This document shows positions 11,718 through 23,283 of a DNA stretch of 64,000 nt, one piece after another; position 1 is the stretch's first letter, and every line of letters begins with the position of its first letter. The notes below the pieces were generated by a model. That model did no database searches and was not told the origin of the DNA. It was given only the letters and a program-made list of their open reading frames with translations. The stretch comes from Pelomyxa schiedti (lineage: Eukaryota; Protista; Evosea): positions 1-64,000 of the forward strand of contig JAHLWZ010000870.1 of the NCBI GenBank assembly GCA_020536535.1. The letters are read 5' to 3'. The position numbers and the translations under genes were made by a program.

Positions 11718-14335
11718 ATGGCATCCACAACTAGAACACCTGAGTTCGATTGCATTGTGTTGGCTGGTCTTTGCAGGTTTGGAATCTTGCTTTGCTCACA
11801 CACTCTGTTTTTTTGTGCCTGACTCCTACACCACAGTGACGCTAGTGACGTGGCCGGTGCTGAGTTCAGGAAGCATGGAATGCTCTATGTCGGTGTGTAG
11901 TGTTAGCCCAAACAATGTGATCGGTCCTCTAATGGTAACGATGTAGACTCATACCAAGCTTCGATCCCGTTTTTGCGTGAGTACTTCAGAATGCACAGAG
12001 ACGCTGGAAAAGCAGCAGAGGCCGCTCATCACACTCAAGAAAAGATGATGACCCTCGCTGGTCCTTATTTACAACAGTTCTTGCAACGTGCTGGGTATGG
12101 CTGTCCTTTTGTTTTCTTTTGGTTCGTGATTGACGATATGCGCAGTTACAAGACTGCTCTGGTGCCACACATGGAGCCTGGTTACTTCCAAGAAATTAAG
12201 GACCTTCTGCTGCGTGGAACCAAGTACGTGATCATATCTACTTCGTTTGTGTATGCCACAGAGCTCCTGGGTATGCCGGCCACACTTTCTGGTGATTCAT
12301 TGATTTAACTTTTCTTAGCAATGGTTGCTGGATTTGTGAAGCAAATTGCCCCTGAAGTGACCATCATTGCTGGTGGAATCTTTGTAAGTTCCCATCTGCA
12401 ATTATACCGCACTTAATCTTTGTCAGATATACAAGTCCTACAGAGTGAAGTTGCTTGTCGATCAAGGTGAATACAACATGGATTACATCCAGACCTACGA
12501 TAGTGAAACGCAGCAACTGTTCATGTACGATAAGCATCTCCCAGTGGACATCTACGTAGTAAACATACGAGGAGAGAATACACTCCTGCAAGTTCTCGCC
12601 AAGCTCAACGCCAATCAGCCGTGGAATACTCTGGACAACCTTGCCTGGTACGAGAACGGTTGGCACTTCTCCAATATCCAGGAGGAGCCCTATGCGCCTA
12701 TGGTCATGGACTGGAGCAGAGTGGTTACCAATGACTGCAGGTGCTTCTTACCGGTTCAAGTCGCTCAGGTATCTCGGATTTCCTCATTAATTCCTGGCTC
12801 ACAGCTGATTTCGCATTTTCCCAGGGGTGCCCATTCCAGTGCATGTTTTGCGATTTTGGAGATTTGCACTCTAAGAACTTCCGCCACAGCATCGAGAGCG
12901 TTCTAGCTGTTTGTGCTACAGTGCCTCTTGTTGATGGATACAGGCGAATTTTCTTCACTGATGACAAGTAACCACCCATCAATCTTACCAATCCCTCTCA
13001 CCAATGACACTAGCCTGTTTATGACAAAGAAATCCGCCAAGGAGATTTGCCAGATGTTCATCGAGGTACCTCCTTTCCCAATCCCACCTTCAAGAAATCT
13101 TATCAAACAACAAAAAACCACCAGTCCGGGTTGCACCTTCGCTGGCAGTCTTTCCTCCGCGCCAATTCCATCGACGATGAAGTGGCCGAGCTTATGGCCA
13201 AGTCAGGGTGCATCAAGGTGCTGATTGGTGTGGAGTCTGGGCACGACGACCAGCAGCGCCGAATTGGCAAGTACATTGGCAGGTCGCACCTTCTGTCGGC
13301 CCTGTCTGCCCTCAACAGGAATGGAATTAGCACATTCATGACATTCTTGTGCGGCTTCCCTGGTGTGCCAGTGGCTTGCTTCCAAATGTCAATTGAGGGG
13401 AACTAACACCACTCCCATTTTCTCTCAGGCGAATGCGCCGAGACCGTGCAGGCTACTATTGATGTGCTCAATGACGTGCCTTGCGACGGACCTGCTGTGA
13501 ATGAATACTGCGTCTTCAAGTTTGCAGCTCTGCCGTTGTCTCGCATTTCTCTGCCAAAGAACCGCGCAAGGTACAACCTCCAAGGAGGATTCCTCACATG
13601 GAAGCACGACACAATGAACTCGGACGAAGTTGGCGCATACTTGGTAACATATATCCGCTTCGATTCCTTGCGCTGTATTAACACCCTTCCAGAACCAGAT
13701 TGCAACCTCAGTCAAGGTTCAAGTCACTCCCCACTATGGAGATGAGTCATACTTCTTGGAGGATCCGTTCCTCACAATGGAGCAGCACAAAGTGAGTGGA
13801 TTTCTTTTCTTTCTTATCCTGCTCACCTTGTTGTGTAGCAAGTTGTGCAGCTGAGAAACAAGATAATGAGGGTTCGCGAAGGCCGCCTTACAGAAGATGA
13901 AGGAAGGCTGTGGGATGAGTTGGAAGCCGTGTTTGTGGCCTCTGGCGGTCGAACATCACCTCCACCAATGCTTCCTCCCTCTGGATCCCCTGACCCTGTG
14001 GTGGAAGAAGCTCCCGTTTCCACAGATTCCGCTTCCGCAGCCCCCCCTGGTGGTAAGAGGTACATGAGGCTGAAGCCAAAGGAGCTGCAAATGCTGATGG
14101 CAGATCCTTCTGTTGCTCTGAAGATCAAGAAGGATCCCCTTGTTTGGAAGAAAATCCGCAAACCCCGCACACTAGGAAAGCTTATGCAGGCTGCTCTTGG
14201 TACCAATCTCATTCTCATCCCTTTATCCACAACCCCAAACCTAACACAAAACTAGACCCAAGCCGATACGAGAGGGACCCACAGTTGGCTGCTCTTGTGG
14301 AACGCCTCAAGGAACTCACAGGGATTGGTCTATAG
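11718..14335 (+). CDS. Cobalamin-binding (class B-type) radical SAM protein with C-terminal STI1-like helical tail
   Basis: GCPFQCMFCDF (CxxxCxxC, ~12825-12857), IFFTDDN, LMAKSGCIKVLIGVESG, FLCGFPG|E; B12-domain-like VTIIAGG and RGENTL upstream; about 10 GT-AG introns. Confidence 0.85.
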
Positions 14336-14493
14336 TCCTCAAACAATTTTGTAAGAAAAAAAAGGGAATAAGAAAATTACTTTTTATTTATTATATTTTT
14401 CTTCACAAGTCTTTCTTTGGTTTTCCTTGTTGTGTGGTGCAATAATGGAGATGAAGTGAGAGGAAAAAGAACGCTGGCAACAGCAGATGGTGC

Positions 14494-15344
14494 TTAGGTA
14501 CGGAAAAGAAATTCCTCAAACTCAGCCACAGAAGAAAATACTCCATCGCAGTTTGCTGCCATGTATTGTTTGATTGTTGGTATGGAGTGTGCCCACATGG
14601 CGCCGGCAGCCCAAGCACCTGCTGTTTTGGCCATGGTTATCCCTGGTGAGAGGTCATCTAGAACACAGACATCCGCTGGGACAACATTGAGTTTGGCACA
14701 CAAGTCGTGGATGGGCCAAGGATCTGGTTTATTCTTGCCGGAGGTAAGGTAGGCATAGACTAAATCAGGTTTAAATCCCACAGAGTCATAGTGGCGGCGT
14801 ATCTTTGGGAATTTTATGAAATTAGATGCAGTTGGTAACCAGTTAATTGGGAAACCTGGTCCTCCTCGCTGTGAGAGGAAACAACAATGTAGCCTCCCTT
14901 CTCTCTAAATTTTCTAAGCATGTCCAGGAAACCGGGGAAGAATGATGGAGTTAGCCTTGTTGTGTAAGATCTCCATATCTCGTATTCCAGAACTTTTTCC
15001 TCTGTTGAAGGTTAGTAGAGGGAATGTGAGATTGACCCCAATATATATAATGTGCACAATATATTCAAGCTGTTCAGTGCAAACCGTTTTGTTACGAACC
15101 AGGTGTCATGTTTAGGCTGTTCAGGAAAACACTGATGCCAGGACTGTGATTCTGCAGAAACCATTCTTCGAGCGTAGTGCAGTGGTCAGCAGGCCTCGCT
15201 TTGTTCTGTAGAAACTCAAAAACGAGAAAAAAAGGGGGGAGGAAAAAAAACCATGAACTCCACGTGAGCTGGCCAATGAATGTGAGTAGTACTGTCGACT
15301 GCCGTATCGTCGTGGTCCACAACAAGGACTTTAAACCGCAGCAT
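14494..15344 (-). CDS. HAD-superfamily phosphatase (DHDDT motif, bacterial-like)
   Basis: MLRFKVLVVDHDDTAVDSTTHIHWPAH; NKPDPWP; VLDDLSPGITMAKTAG; three short introns. Confidence 0.85.
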
Positions 15345-15581
15345 CTCCGGTGCACTGACACCAACAAAGAAAACCAGATCGGCAAAATAAACAGGAATCT
15401 ACAAAACCGGAGATCTGATGGAACACACAACAACCGACCCCTTCAAGTTGTGACAAGTACTTACTAGTTCACTGCATTTTTTCTTGCTTTGTTCTTTAAG
15501 TGTAATACCACTTGGCATAATTGACAACCGAAGAGGAGATCTTTTGGCGATCGCCATTTCATTACTAATAACATAAAGGGG

Positions 15582-17411
15582 ATGCGCATCCTTGTGGCGA
15601 CAACTCCACCGGCCCAGCCTGCTTCATCTGCGTCCAGCACAACTACTTCGGGCTTAATCTCTGATGTGAACAGCCAACGACAGCAGCAGATGCCCCCTGT
15701 TGGGAATGGCGCTCCTTCGACTGTAACAGCTGTCGAGATTCCAACTACTACTACTTCTACATCAACCACCACTTCTACATCCTCGAGCGTCGTTGGTTCA
15801 CAACAAGCAGCCGACGGCGGGACGAACAATTATGATGCTCACACTGTGCGCCTTGTAAACCCATTCATTGTGAATACTCACAGGCAGCAACAAACCAACT
15901 CTGCTCCACTTCCGAGAACTACTATGAACAACTCCATTGCAAACAATGTAAACAATGTCTTCATTAACACACCTTCAATCAGTCCTCCACATGTTGTTAA
16001 CACTAGTGCATCCTCGGCGGCACGTGGATCTGTTCCTCCAGCTCCAAATGTTTTGCCAAGGATATCTCCACTTCCCGGAAACGTTGCTCCTCCACCGATA
16101 CCCTCGCAGCACATAGCACCACAAGAACTCCCTTGCATATCGCCTCAATCTACTGAGCGGTCTGCAGCTCTTCATCACCCCTATAAACGAACGGTACCCT
16201 ACCCCTAAAAACTATTTGAGTGACTCTGTAAACCTCTATAATGAACTAAATCAAGATACAACATCGCCAACCACACAATTGGTCACAGGAGGAAGAGGAG
16301 GGCCACAATAGTGATGATGAAGTGCAAGGTGCTGGGCGTGTAGCTTCCACGCAGCTTCAGGTGCGTATCTTTACTCAATTGTACTGTAACGTGCTCACTT
16401 CTACAGATGGATGAAGAAGGATACGAGGCAATTATGAAAAAACATGGTTTCATTGTTAGAAAAATGATAGGCGATGGCAATTGCCTTTTCAGAGCTATAG
16501 GTTTGGAACGAGATCTATATAACGAAGAGGACTCATTTTCCTGTAGCTGATCAAGTTTACGGTGACCAAGATTTTCATGAATTTGTGAGGGAGCAATGCA
16601 TGAATTACCTCGTAATTCTCTTGTAATGCTCTTCATTGCTTATAGAGCCATTTTTTCCCTCCAAAGGAAGCTGAACGTGATCACTATTCACAGTATATCA
16701 CTGAAGATTTTTCGGAATATATCCGCAGGAAGAGAAAATTACATGAGTTTGGAAATCACATAGAGCTTCAAGCATTTGCTGAGATGTATAATAGACCCAT
16801 TGAGCTTTTCTGTTACAGCACTGGTAAGGAAAGCCATTGTAAGGTTATGTGACTTTTTTTTTAGAGCCGATCAACATTTTTCATGGAACTTACACCACTG
16901 AGAACCCTCCTATGCACCTCAGCTACCACTATGGCTGCCACTTCAATTCCGTGTTTGATCAAGCAAATCCTGCTGTTGGTGTCGGACTCGGCCTTCCGGG
17001 TTACAACCCCGCTGTATGCTAATACGATCTCCACAGCACCTCTAACTTCCTCTATAGGAAGATGACAAAAAGTTGATGGCTTCCGTGGCAACAGCCAGTG
17101 AGCAAGACCACCTCGAGTCACTTCTTGTGCAGAACACGCTAAAGGCATCAGAGCTGGACTCTGTGGACGACGATATCGAGACAATGGCCAAGACACTATC
17201 CCGGGAGCAGTTCATTGCTGACCTATGCAGCCACATCACTGTCCCCTCACACCTCCAAACTTCTTCTTCTTCTGCAGCACCCACAACACCATGCACAAAC
17301 ACCAACACAACTTCCACAACAGACCCCAACCCTACTACTCAGTTTGATGCGGACGCAATTGCGAGACTTGTTGCTGCATTCACGTCGGCTCAAGGCTCGA
17401 ACCGCTCCTGA
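15582..17411 (+). CDS. OTU deubiquitinase, OTUD5/OTLD1-like
   Basis: MRILV start; [10 protein letters not shown]; [10 protein letters not shown]|ADQVYGDQ; [18 protein letters not shown]; [11 protein letters not shown]; GVGLGLPG. Confidence 0.9.
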
Positions 17412-17517
17412 GTCACAATTCCCGCCCCACAAATCGCGTTTGTGCAAGTAAATCTGGAGATCTGTCCGTGGAGTTCTTTCGTTTTTCGAAAGAGTGATCA
17501 AAAAAAATTAAAGAAAA

Positions 17518-18642
17518 ATGGGGCACAAAACCGCGTTTGTGTCCGTTGTGTGCTCGGTGCTGGTTTTCTGTTTTGTTTCCTCAGTGAGTGGAGGTGCGCC
17601 GGCCCACAATCCTTTTTGGGGCCTTACTGAAACGTTGTTTATGATGTTATTGCAGAGTGCCCTGATTCCTGCCCCTCATGGTATGTTGGTGACGACTATT
17701 GTGATATAGTCTGCTGGAACGAGGAATGCGATTGGGACGGTGGAGACTGCAGTATGTTTTTCTTTCCTTGTTTGTTGCTATGGTTTGAATAACTAACACC
17801 TACACCTTCAAGCACACGATGACATGTGCGATTTTCGATGTTTGGAGGCTATGGTGGGCAACGGCGTGTGCGACTATTTTTGCATGATTTCGTCCCTGTG
17901 CAACTGGGATAACAGTGACTGTGGTCAGAACTTGAAAGTTTATCTAGAAGACACCTAACTGTATGCCAGTGTGTGATATCAGCGAATGTCCCACGAGCTG
18001 GCCCGGCGATGGCTTTTGCGATCACAACTGCGATGTGCCCGAATGCCAATACGACGACAACGACTGTATTTCTTTATTTTTACTAGCTGCCGCGCTTACC
18101 TGAAGAAAAACAGGTTGTTACGCCTGCCCTACAGATTGGATAGGCGACGGGCTCTGTGATGAAAGCTGTTTTGTTCCCGAGTGCTCCTACGATTCTTTCG
18201 ACTGCCGTATGTACCAAAACAAATACACTTACCTCTGTGTACTTTTTTTTTTTTTTAACTCTCTCACATTGCCACAACCAGAATGTGACTCTTCGTCCTG
18301 TCCAATACATTGGCTTGATGATGGGATGTGTGACAGTGCATGCAATAATGTTGGGTGCATGTGGGATATGGGAGATTGTGGATACCATGGTTCTGGTACT
18401 GTATAATCTATCATTCCTCCCTCCCTGCATTGGGATATTCTAAACGCTTTACAGACAACACGGCAGCACTGGGAATAGGACTAGGTGTTACCTGTGCACT
18501 CTTGGCCGTATTTGCCATTTGTTTGGCACTCTTTATCATGACAAAGTAATGTTCCTTCACGACCTGTAATACTTTTAAATTCTGCTTCAGGTACAGGCGG
18601 CCAACTGCTGAAATGCTACCAGCATCTGAAACGATAAATTAA
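17518..18642 (+). CDS. Type I membrane protein with five LNR (Notch/LIN-12) repeats
   Basis: Signal peptide; repeats such as CPSWYVGDDYCDIVCWNEECDWDGGDC and CPIHWLDDGMCDSACNNVGCMWDMGDC; TM ALGIGLGVTCALLAVFAICLALFIM; short tail, stop 18642. Confidence 0.85.
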
Positions 18643-18675
18643 GTTAATGTGAATTGTTTTTTTCTTTTTTCTTGT

Positions 18676-21600
18676 TTACAGTGTTTGTAACATAATCCAA
18701 GAGACGGTTGGTTTATCCAAGTCTCTTCCATACCACTGATACTGATAAATTGGTTCCCTATGTGACCTTGGCTTCTGTGCCGTTTTAGGGTCCTTTGCCA
18801 CAACCCTAACAAGCAGCCTCCTTCTCAAAACAGGTTGTTCTTGCTGCACCTGATAAGCAATATTCAGCTTTGGAAGACTGAGGTCAGGCCTCCACTGAAC
18901 AAGCATGTCACAAGGGAAAAGTGATGCCATTGTGCGCTCTAGCTGAAAAGGAGGCTCTGTGACCCTAATGGCACTTTTGGGAAAATCCGGGTTGATGTTG
19001 AAGCTGACTGAGGAAACTATCTGGCCGGAATAAGGACCCCGTCCCACAACGCTGAGGAACGCGGTGATTGCATACCGGCCTACGTCGTCGGCCCGCTTTG
19101 CGGTGTTACCGAATTCCAGAATCAGGTGGAATTCGCCGGGAAGAAGCGGCCGTGGAAGGGGTACTTTTGTAATTGTGGTCGTGCTAGTGCTTGGTGTAGA
19201 ATTCGTAGTTGAAGATGATGTTGTGGTTGTGGGATTGTTTGATGTTGAAGGTGAGGGAGCTTCCAGAGACTGAATGTGAGGTTGGGGACAGAGGGCAACG
19301 GGACAGTCCTTTGGATTTATTCCGAGGGACCACAGGCCGCACTTTGCACATAGTAAGTGCCGGCAGGGGCTAAGTCTGAGCCAAGGGGAAAATTCCACTG
19401 GGCTGATGGCTGTGGTTGTGGGGGATTGTGTGTTTTTCTTGGGTGGAATTCTTTGTTCTGTGGGAATTCCAGTCCGCTTTGGTGGATTCGTTACGGGTTT
19501 GGAAGTTGAAGTGGTGGTAGTGCCAGATTTTAAAGGTGGAGCTGTAGGCTTGTAAGTTGGTATTGGGTTCCTGGACGATTCAGTGTTGGTTGTTTGGGAA
19601 ATGTATCCTGGTAATCGGGCAGCGATTTCCTTTCCACAAGCGTGGCAATGAGTTTCTGCAGCTTCAGCAACGAGTCTATTTTCTCTCACTTCTTCACTCT
19701 CTACGTCTTCCTTTGTTTCCTCCTCAGCAAACAGGTCAACTTCCCTGCATTTCCGCAATTCCTCAGCTGCAGCTCTTTCACATTCAACTTGAAATTGGAA
19801 TGCACTACAATCCGGAGCATTAAGCCCGGATTTTCCTTCTTGAATCGGAGCCCATTGGTCATTATACGGCCACTCTCGGTCGAACGGTGTCATCCACGCC
19901 AGTATACCACCACAATCTTGCACAGTAGCAGGTAAAGTGGCTTGTTCAGAGAAAGAACAACTATCGTGTTCCTGAAACATTTGGAGTAGAATTTTCCATA
20001 AATTCTGTCCGTTCCAGTACGGCTCTCGGGATCTTGTATATTCGTAGTAATGGCAGCAAGGTAAAATCCTTTTTACAACTCTCCCCACGGACACAGGATG
20101 GCCGAGATCATCTGTATCATAAACGAGTAAGGTCGGTTGTTGTATTACCGAGAATCTCTTTGGATCATGTGTGACAGGGTCCATACCAGCAAGATACTTG
20201 GTTATGGCAGGGAACTCTACTACAGCGTTGAAAGAAGAAGCCGTTCCCTGTGATGAACCCATCAGCAGGTGCGCTTTTTTGTGTCCTGTGGCCGCAAGAC
20301 ATTCGGTAAGAAATAATCCAGGATAAGATCGTATCGTTTGTCTATTTCCTGGTGACCTCCCATAACCGGGGCAGTCTATCTGTACAATGCAAAAAGGTAA
20401 AGTTTTTCTGTATGCCTCCAGGAGCTGAAGTGAAAGTTGGTTCCACCAAATTGACGAATTTTCAGGCCCGGATCCATGAATGAAAAGAAGTACCGGATTT
20501 GCAAGGTCCCCTGCCACTCGGGCAAAAACTTTCCCGTAAGACGATGTGGAAATCCAGCATGTTCTTCTCCTCCAAGCTACCTCTGGGTCAGGATAGTCTC
20601 CAGAGACTTGACCAACATCAAGCTCCTCCACTCGCTCAATGGAAGTGAGTGAGGTTACGTTTTTTATTGCTTTTGCAGCTGAAGCTCTTAGCAATGTACT
20701 ATACGTCTCAGCGGTATTCTCTATGGCCGGACTAACATGCGCAAAGAAAATTGTGTGGGAGGAACCCCCCAGTGAATCTTGCAGGAGCCTAGTAAGCACA
20801 GAGTCCCGGTATGGAATGAAAGATTCACCCTTGACAATTGAGTCAATGACTCTGTGCAGAACAAGAAGATCGGAGTTTATCTGCACCGCTTGCGTGAAAG
20901 TAACGCCGGTGGCATGCGACCTATTTACATCCTCACTTCCTGCCAAATCCACCAGATTGATCTTGCTGATGAAGCACTTAACCCTCCCTTTTACTCGGCG
21001 TGGGTCATTGCTTCCGTCCGTAGCAGCGACGGGAATTGGTACTCGCTTCTCCACATGAAGAGTGAAAATGGCGTGAGAGCGTGAGCTGTATTCGTTCAAA
21101 TCAGTTGATGCCGTGGCTCTCTGTTTCACTCCTTTGGAAATAGCATCCAGAACTTGCTCAGATGTCTCCACAACAATCTCAGTTGCTCCAACAATCTTTA
21201 CTGCATTCCCAGAAGTCGCACTAGCACCAGATTCGTGATCCGCGCAAATCTTGAGCTTGGAACGGGATTCCTTTCGCGACAAGAGATCAAACACTTGTCC
21301 GTTGTAAATCTCCACAAAGCTGGCTCTGACCTGAAACTGCACATTGACATTAGCGGCAGCACTAGCAGATTTTGACCCGGTCCCAGTCTCAGGTACATGC
21401 GAACTAGATTGGGCTAGTGTAGATTCGTGAATGAGAGAAAAAAGTAGCCTGGCGGAGCGCGGAATCACTCCCATCATTGCGGGATGCAGGCTCAGGGTGC
21501 CACCGGGGCCCAGCATCGTGTGAGTTTTCCCGCTGGCGGTTTGCCCATAAGCGAATAACGTCGCGTTGTAGCCTTCGACTGCACGGCGGACGAGGTGAGC

Positions 21601-21843
21601 CACGTGAGAAAACACAACAGACTGAGTGGCCTCGGGCCCAAAGGCTCGATCGAAAGTCCATTCAAACGACGATGAAGACGTTGAGGAGGAGTGAGTTGTG
21701 AGGGAGGGCCTGAGGCCCGGGGCGCTGAGAGTCACAGTGTTGGACGACGGCTCTACTACAATTGTGGGAGGGCCCACACTGCCCTCCGCGAGTGGTCTCA
21801 CCCTCACAAAACACTCTACACTGCAAACGTTCCCTTGCTTCAT
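18676..21843 (-). CDS. Intronless kinesin motor fused to alpha/beta-hydrolase, RING-like and YEATS-like domains
   Basis: Motor: GQTASGKTHT, NEYSSRSH, DLAGSE, IPYRDSVLTRLLQDSLGG. Hydrolase: FIHGSG, IDCPGYGRS, GSSQG. RING: CHAC...CRHLLCAKC...CPVALC. YEATS-like: LEFGNTA...VSFNINPDFP...EPPFQLER. First ATG is 21843. Confidence 0.9.
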   Translation of the reverse strand: MKQGNVCSVECFVRVRPLAEGSVGPPTIVVEPSSNTVTLSAPGLRPSLTTHSSSTSSSSFEWTFDRAFGPEATQSVVFSHVAHLVRRAVEGYNATLFAYGQTASGKTHTMLGPGGTLSLHPAMMGVIPRSARLLFSLIHESTLAQSSSHVPETGTGSKSASAAANVNVQFQVRASFVEIYNGQVFDLLSRKESRSKLKICADHESGASATSGNAVKIVGATEIVVETSEQVLDAISKGVKQRATASTDLNEYSSRSHAIFTLHVEKRVPIPVAATDGSNDPRRVKGRVKCFISKINLVDLAGSEDVNRSHATGVTFTQAVQINSDLLVLHRVIDSIVKGESFIPYRDSVLTRLLQDSLGGSSHTIFFAHVSPAIENTAETYSTLLRASAAKAIKNVTSLTSIERVEELDVGQVSGDYPDPEVAWRRRTCWISTSSYGKVFARVAGDLANPVLLFIHGSGPENSSIWWNQLSLQLLEAYRKTLPFCIVQIDCPGYGRSPGNRQTIRSYPGLFLTECLAATGHKKAHLLMGSSQGTASSFNAVVEFPAITKYLAGMDPVTHDPKRFSVIQQPTLLVYDTDDLGHPVSVGRVVKRILPCCHYYEYTRSREPYWNGQNLWKILLQMFQEHDSCSFSEQATLPATVQDCGGILAWMTPFDREWPYNDQWAPIQEGKSGLNAPDCSAFQFQVECERAAAEELRKCREVDLFAEEETKEDVESEEVRENRLVAEAAETHCHACGKEIAARLPGYISQTTNTESSRNPIPTYKPTAPPLKSGTTTTSTSKPVTNPPKRTGIPTEQRIPPKKNTQSPTTTAISPVEFSPWLRLSPCRHLLCAKCGLWSLGINPKDCPVALCPQPHIQSLEAPSPSTSNNPTTTTSSSTTNSTPSTSTTTITKVPLPRPLLPGEFHLILEFGNTAKRADDVGRYAITAFLSVVGRGPYSGQIVSSVSFNINPDFPKSAIRVTEPPFQLERTMASLFPCDMLVQWRPDLSLPKLNIAYQVQQEQPVLRRRLLVRVVAKDPKTAQKPRSHREPIYQYQWYGRDLDKPTVSWIMLQTL

Positions 21844-21909
21844 TTGCACCGTTTTTTCGTTCTTGCATCTGTTCGCCGAAATGATTAGAAACCGTTTTTT
21901 TTTGTGGCA

Positions 21910-23168
21910 ATGAGGAGGCCAGAGAACTTTAGTGAGAGCGAATGGAGGTCAGTGTTAGATGCCGTAACGGCGGCGGATGAGACAGAGATAATGTCTTCGG
22001 TTGGTTCGTCCACTACCACTACATCCAGTCGGCGGGGAGGAGGTCGGGGGGGTAGTCGAGGCAGGCGGGGACGACGAGGAGGAGGAGGAGGAGGAGGAGG
22101 AGGAGGCAGCAACAATTATGGGCACCCATCAGACTACGATTACCCCGACGACTACGACCCAGACTCTGAGCTTGTGTTCTTTGACGAGAAAAGAGGCGGC
22201 GGTGCAATGGGCAAGAAGGCCAGCTCGGCGGCGCTATCTGTCAACGACTTTGAAGGTGTTGGGGTAGACTGGGGGCGCAGGCCTGGGAAGGGCAAAGGAG
22301 GCGGAAAGAGGCGCCCGATTGTCAAGGAATCGGACTCGATGTCCATCAAGGAGTGCTCTGCCTTGGCTGACCAGGTATTTTCGTGGATGGAAAAAATGAT
22401 ACATAGTGTACATGTGGGTTCTTTGTTTGTTCTTTGTTTGTTGTTTGTTTGTTTCTTTGTTTCCATTTAATGACAGAGGTCCTAAGTACCCGTTGGAGCT
22501 AATTATGGAGGCCGACCCTACTGCATTTAAAGCAAGGATGTCTGCTGCCAGAATTCGCAGTGCTTCCAATGGTATCTATCACGCTGAATCTCTACAATCA
22601 ATATATTATTTTCCAAGAATACTTGCCAACATATATCCTGTTGCCAGCTATGTTAATGGGTCGGACCTCCTATGGAGGATATGGTTGCCAAAATAACAAA
22701 GGTATTTAGCACAGCTTGATGCTACAACCAGTGGAGCAGCTCGTGAAATTCTGGGTTTACTGTATGGCCATTTTGTGCTTATATATGACAGAGATCTCCT
22801 CCGGCACTCTTGCTTGGCAGGCAAGAAACTTCGTGTGTGCATTCCACCAGATAAACATATATTTTGCAGCCAGGAATGTGGAGTAATCCACATTGGCTCC
22901 AGTATCATTAGTGATATGACAGCCGGCGACACAAGCCAGTATGTTTTGTTATTCATTAAAACACGACCTGGCACTTATTGACAAACCCAAAACCAGATAC
23001 CAACTGGAAAGGGAAGCCTTGGAGGCACATGTAAAGGACAAAGAGGGCCTGCTAATCTGGTTTGGCATTCATGAATTCGTACACCTCTTTATCAGGCCCC
23101 ACACCAAGGAATTCTTTGCGTCCGTTTGCACTTACGCAGATTCACACCCCTTCCTCTTTGGAGAGTAG
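21910..23168 (+). CDS. RGG-rich protein with C-terminal HExxH zinc-metallopeptidase-like motif (YgjP/SprT-like)
   Basis: N-terminal RGGGRGGSRGRRGRRGG; C-terminal IHEFVHLFIRPHTKEFF (HExxH-x5-H); multi-exon. Confidence 0.55.
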
Positions 23169-23283
23169 AAACTTGAACTTTGTACGCACTACCACACCGA
23201 GGAGGAGAACAAAAAAAAACCTGCTACCTCAGAGATCCTTTTCTACGAAGTCCCATCACGAAGATACAGTAAAACCATTTTAA

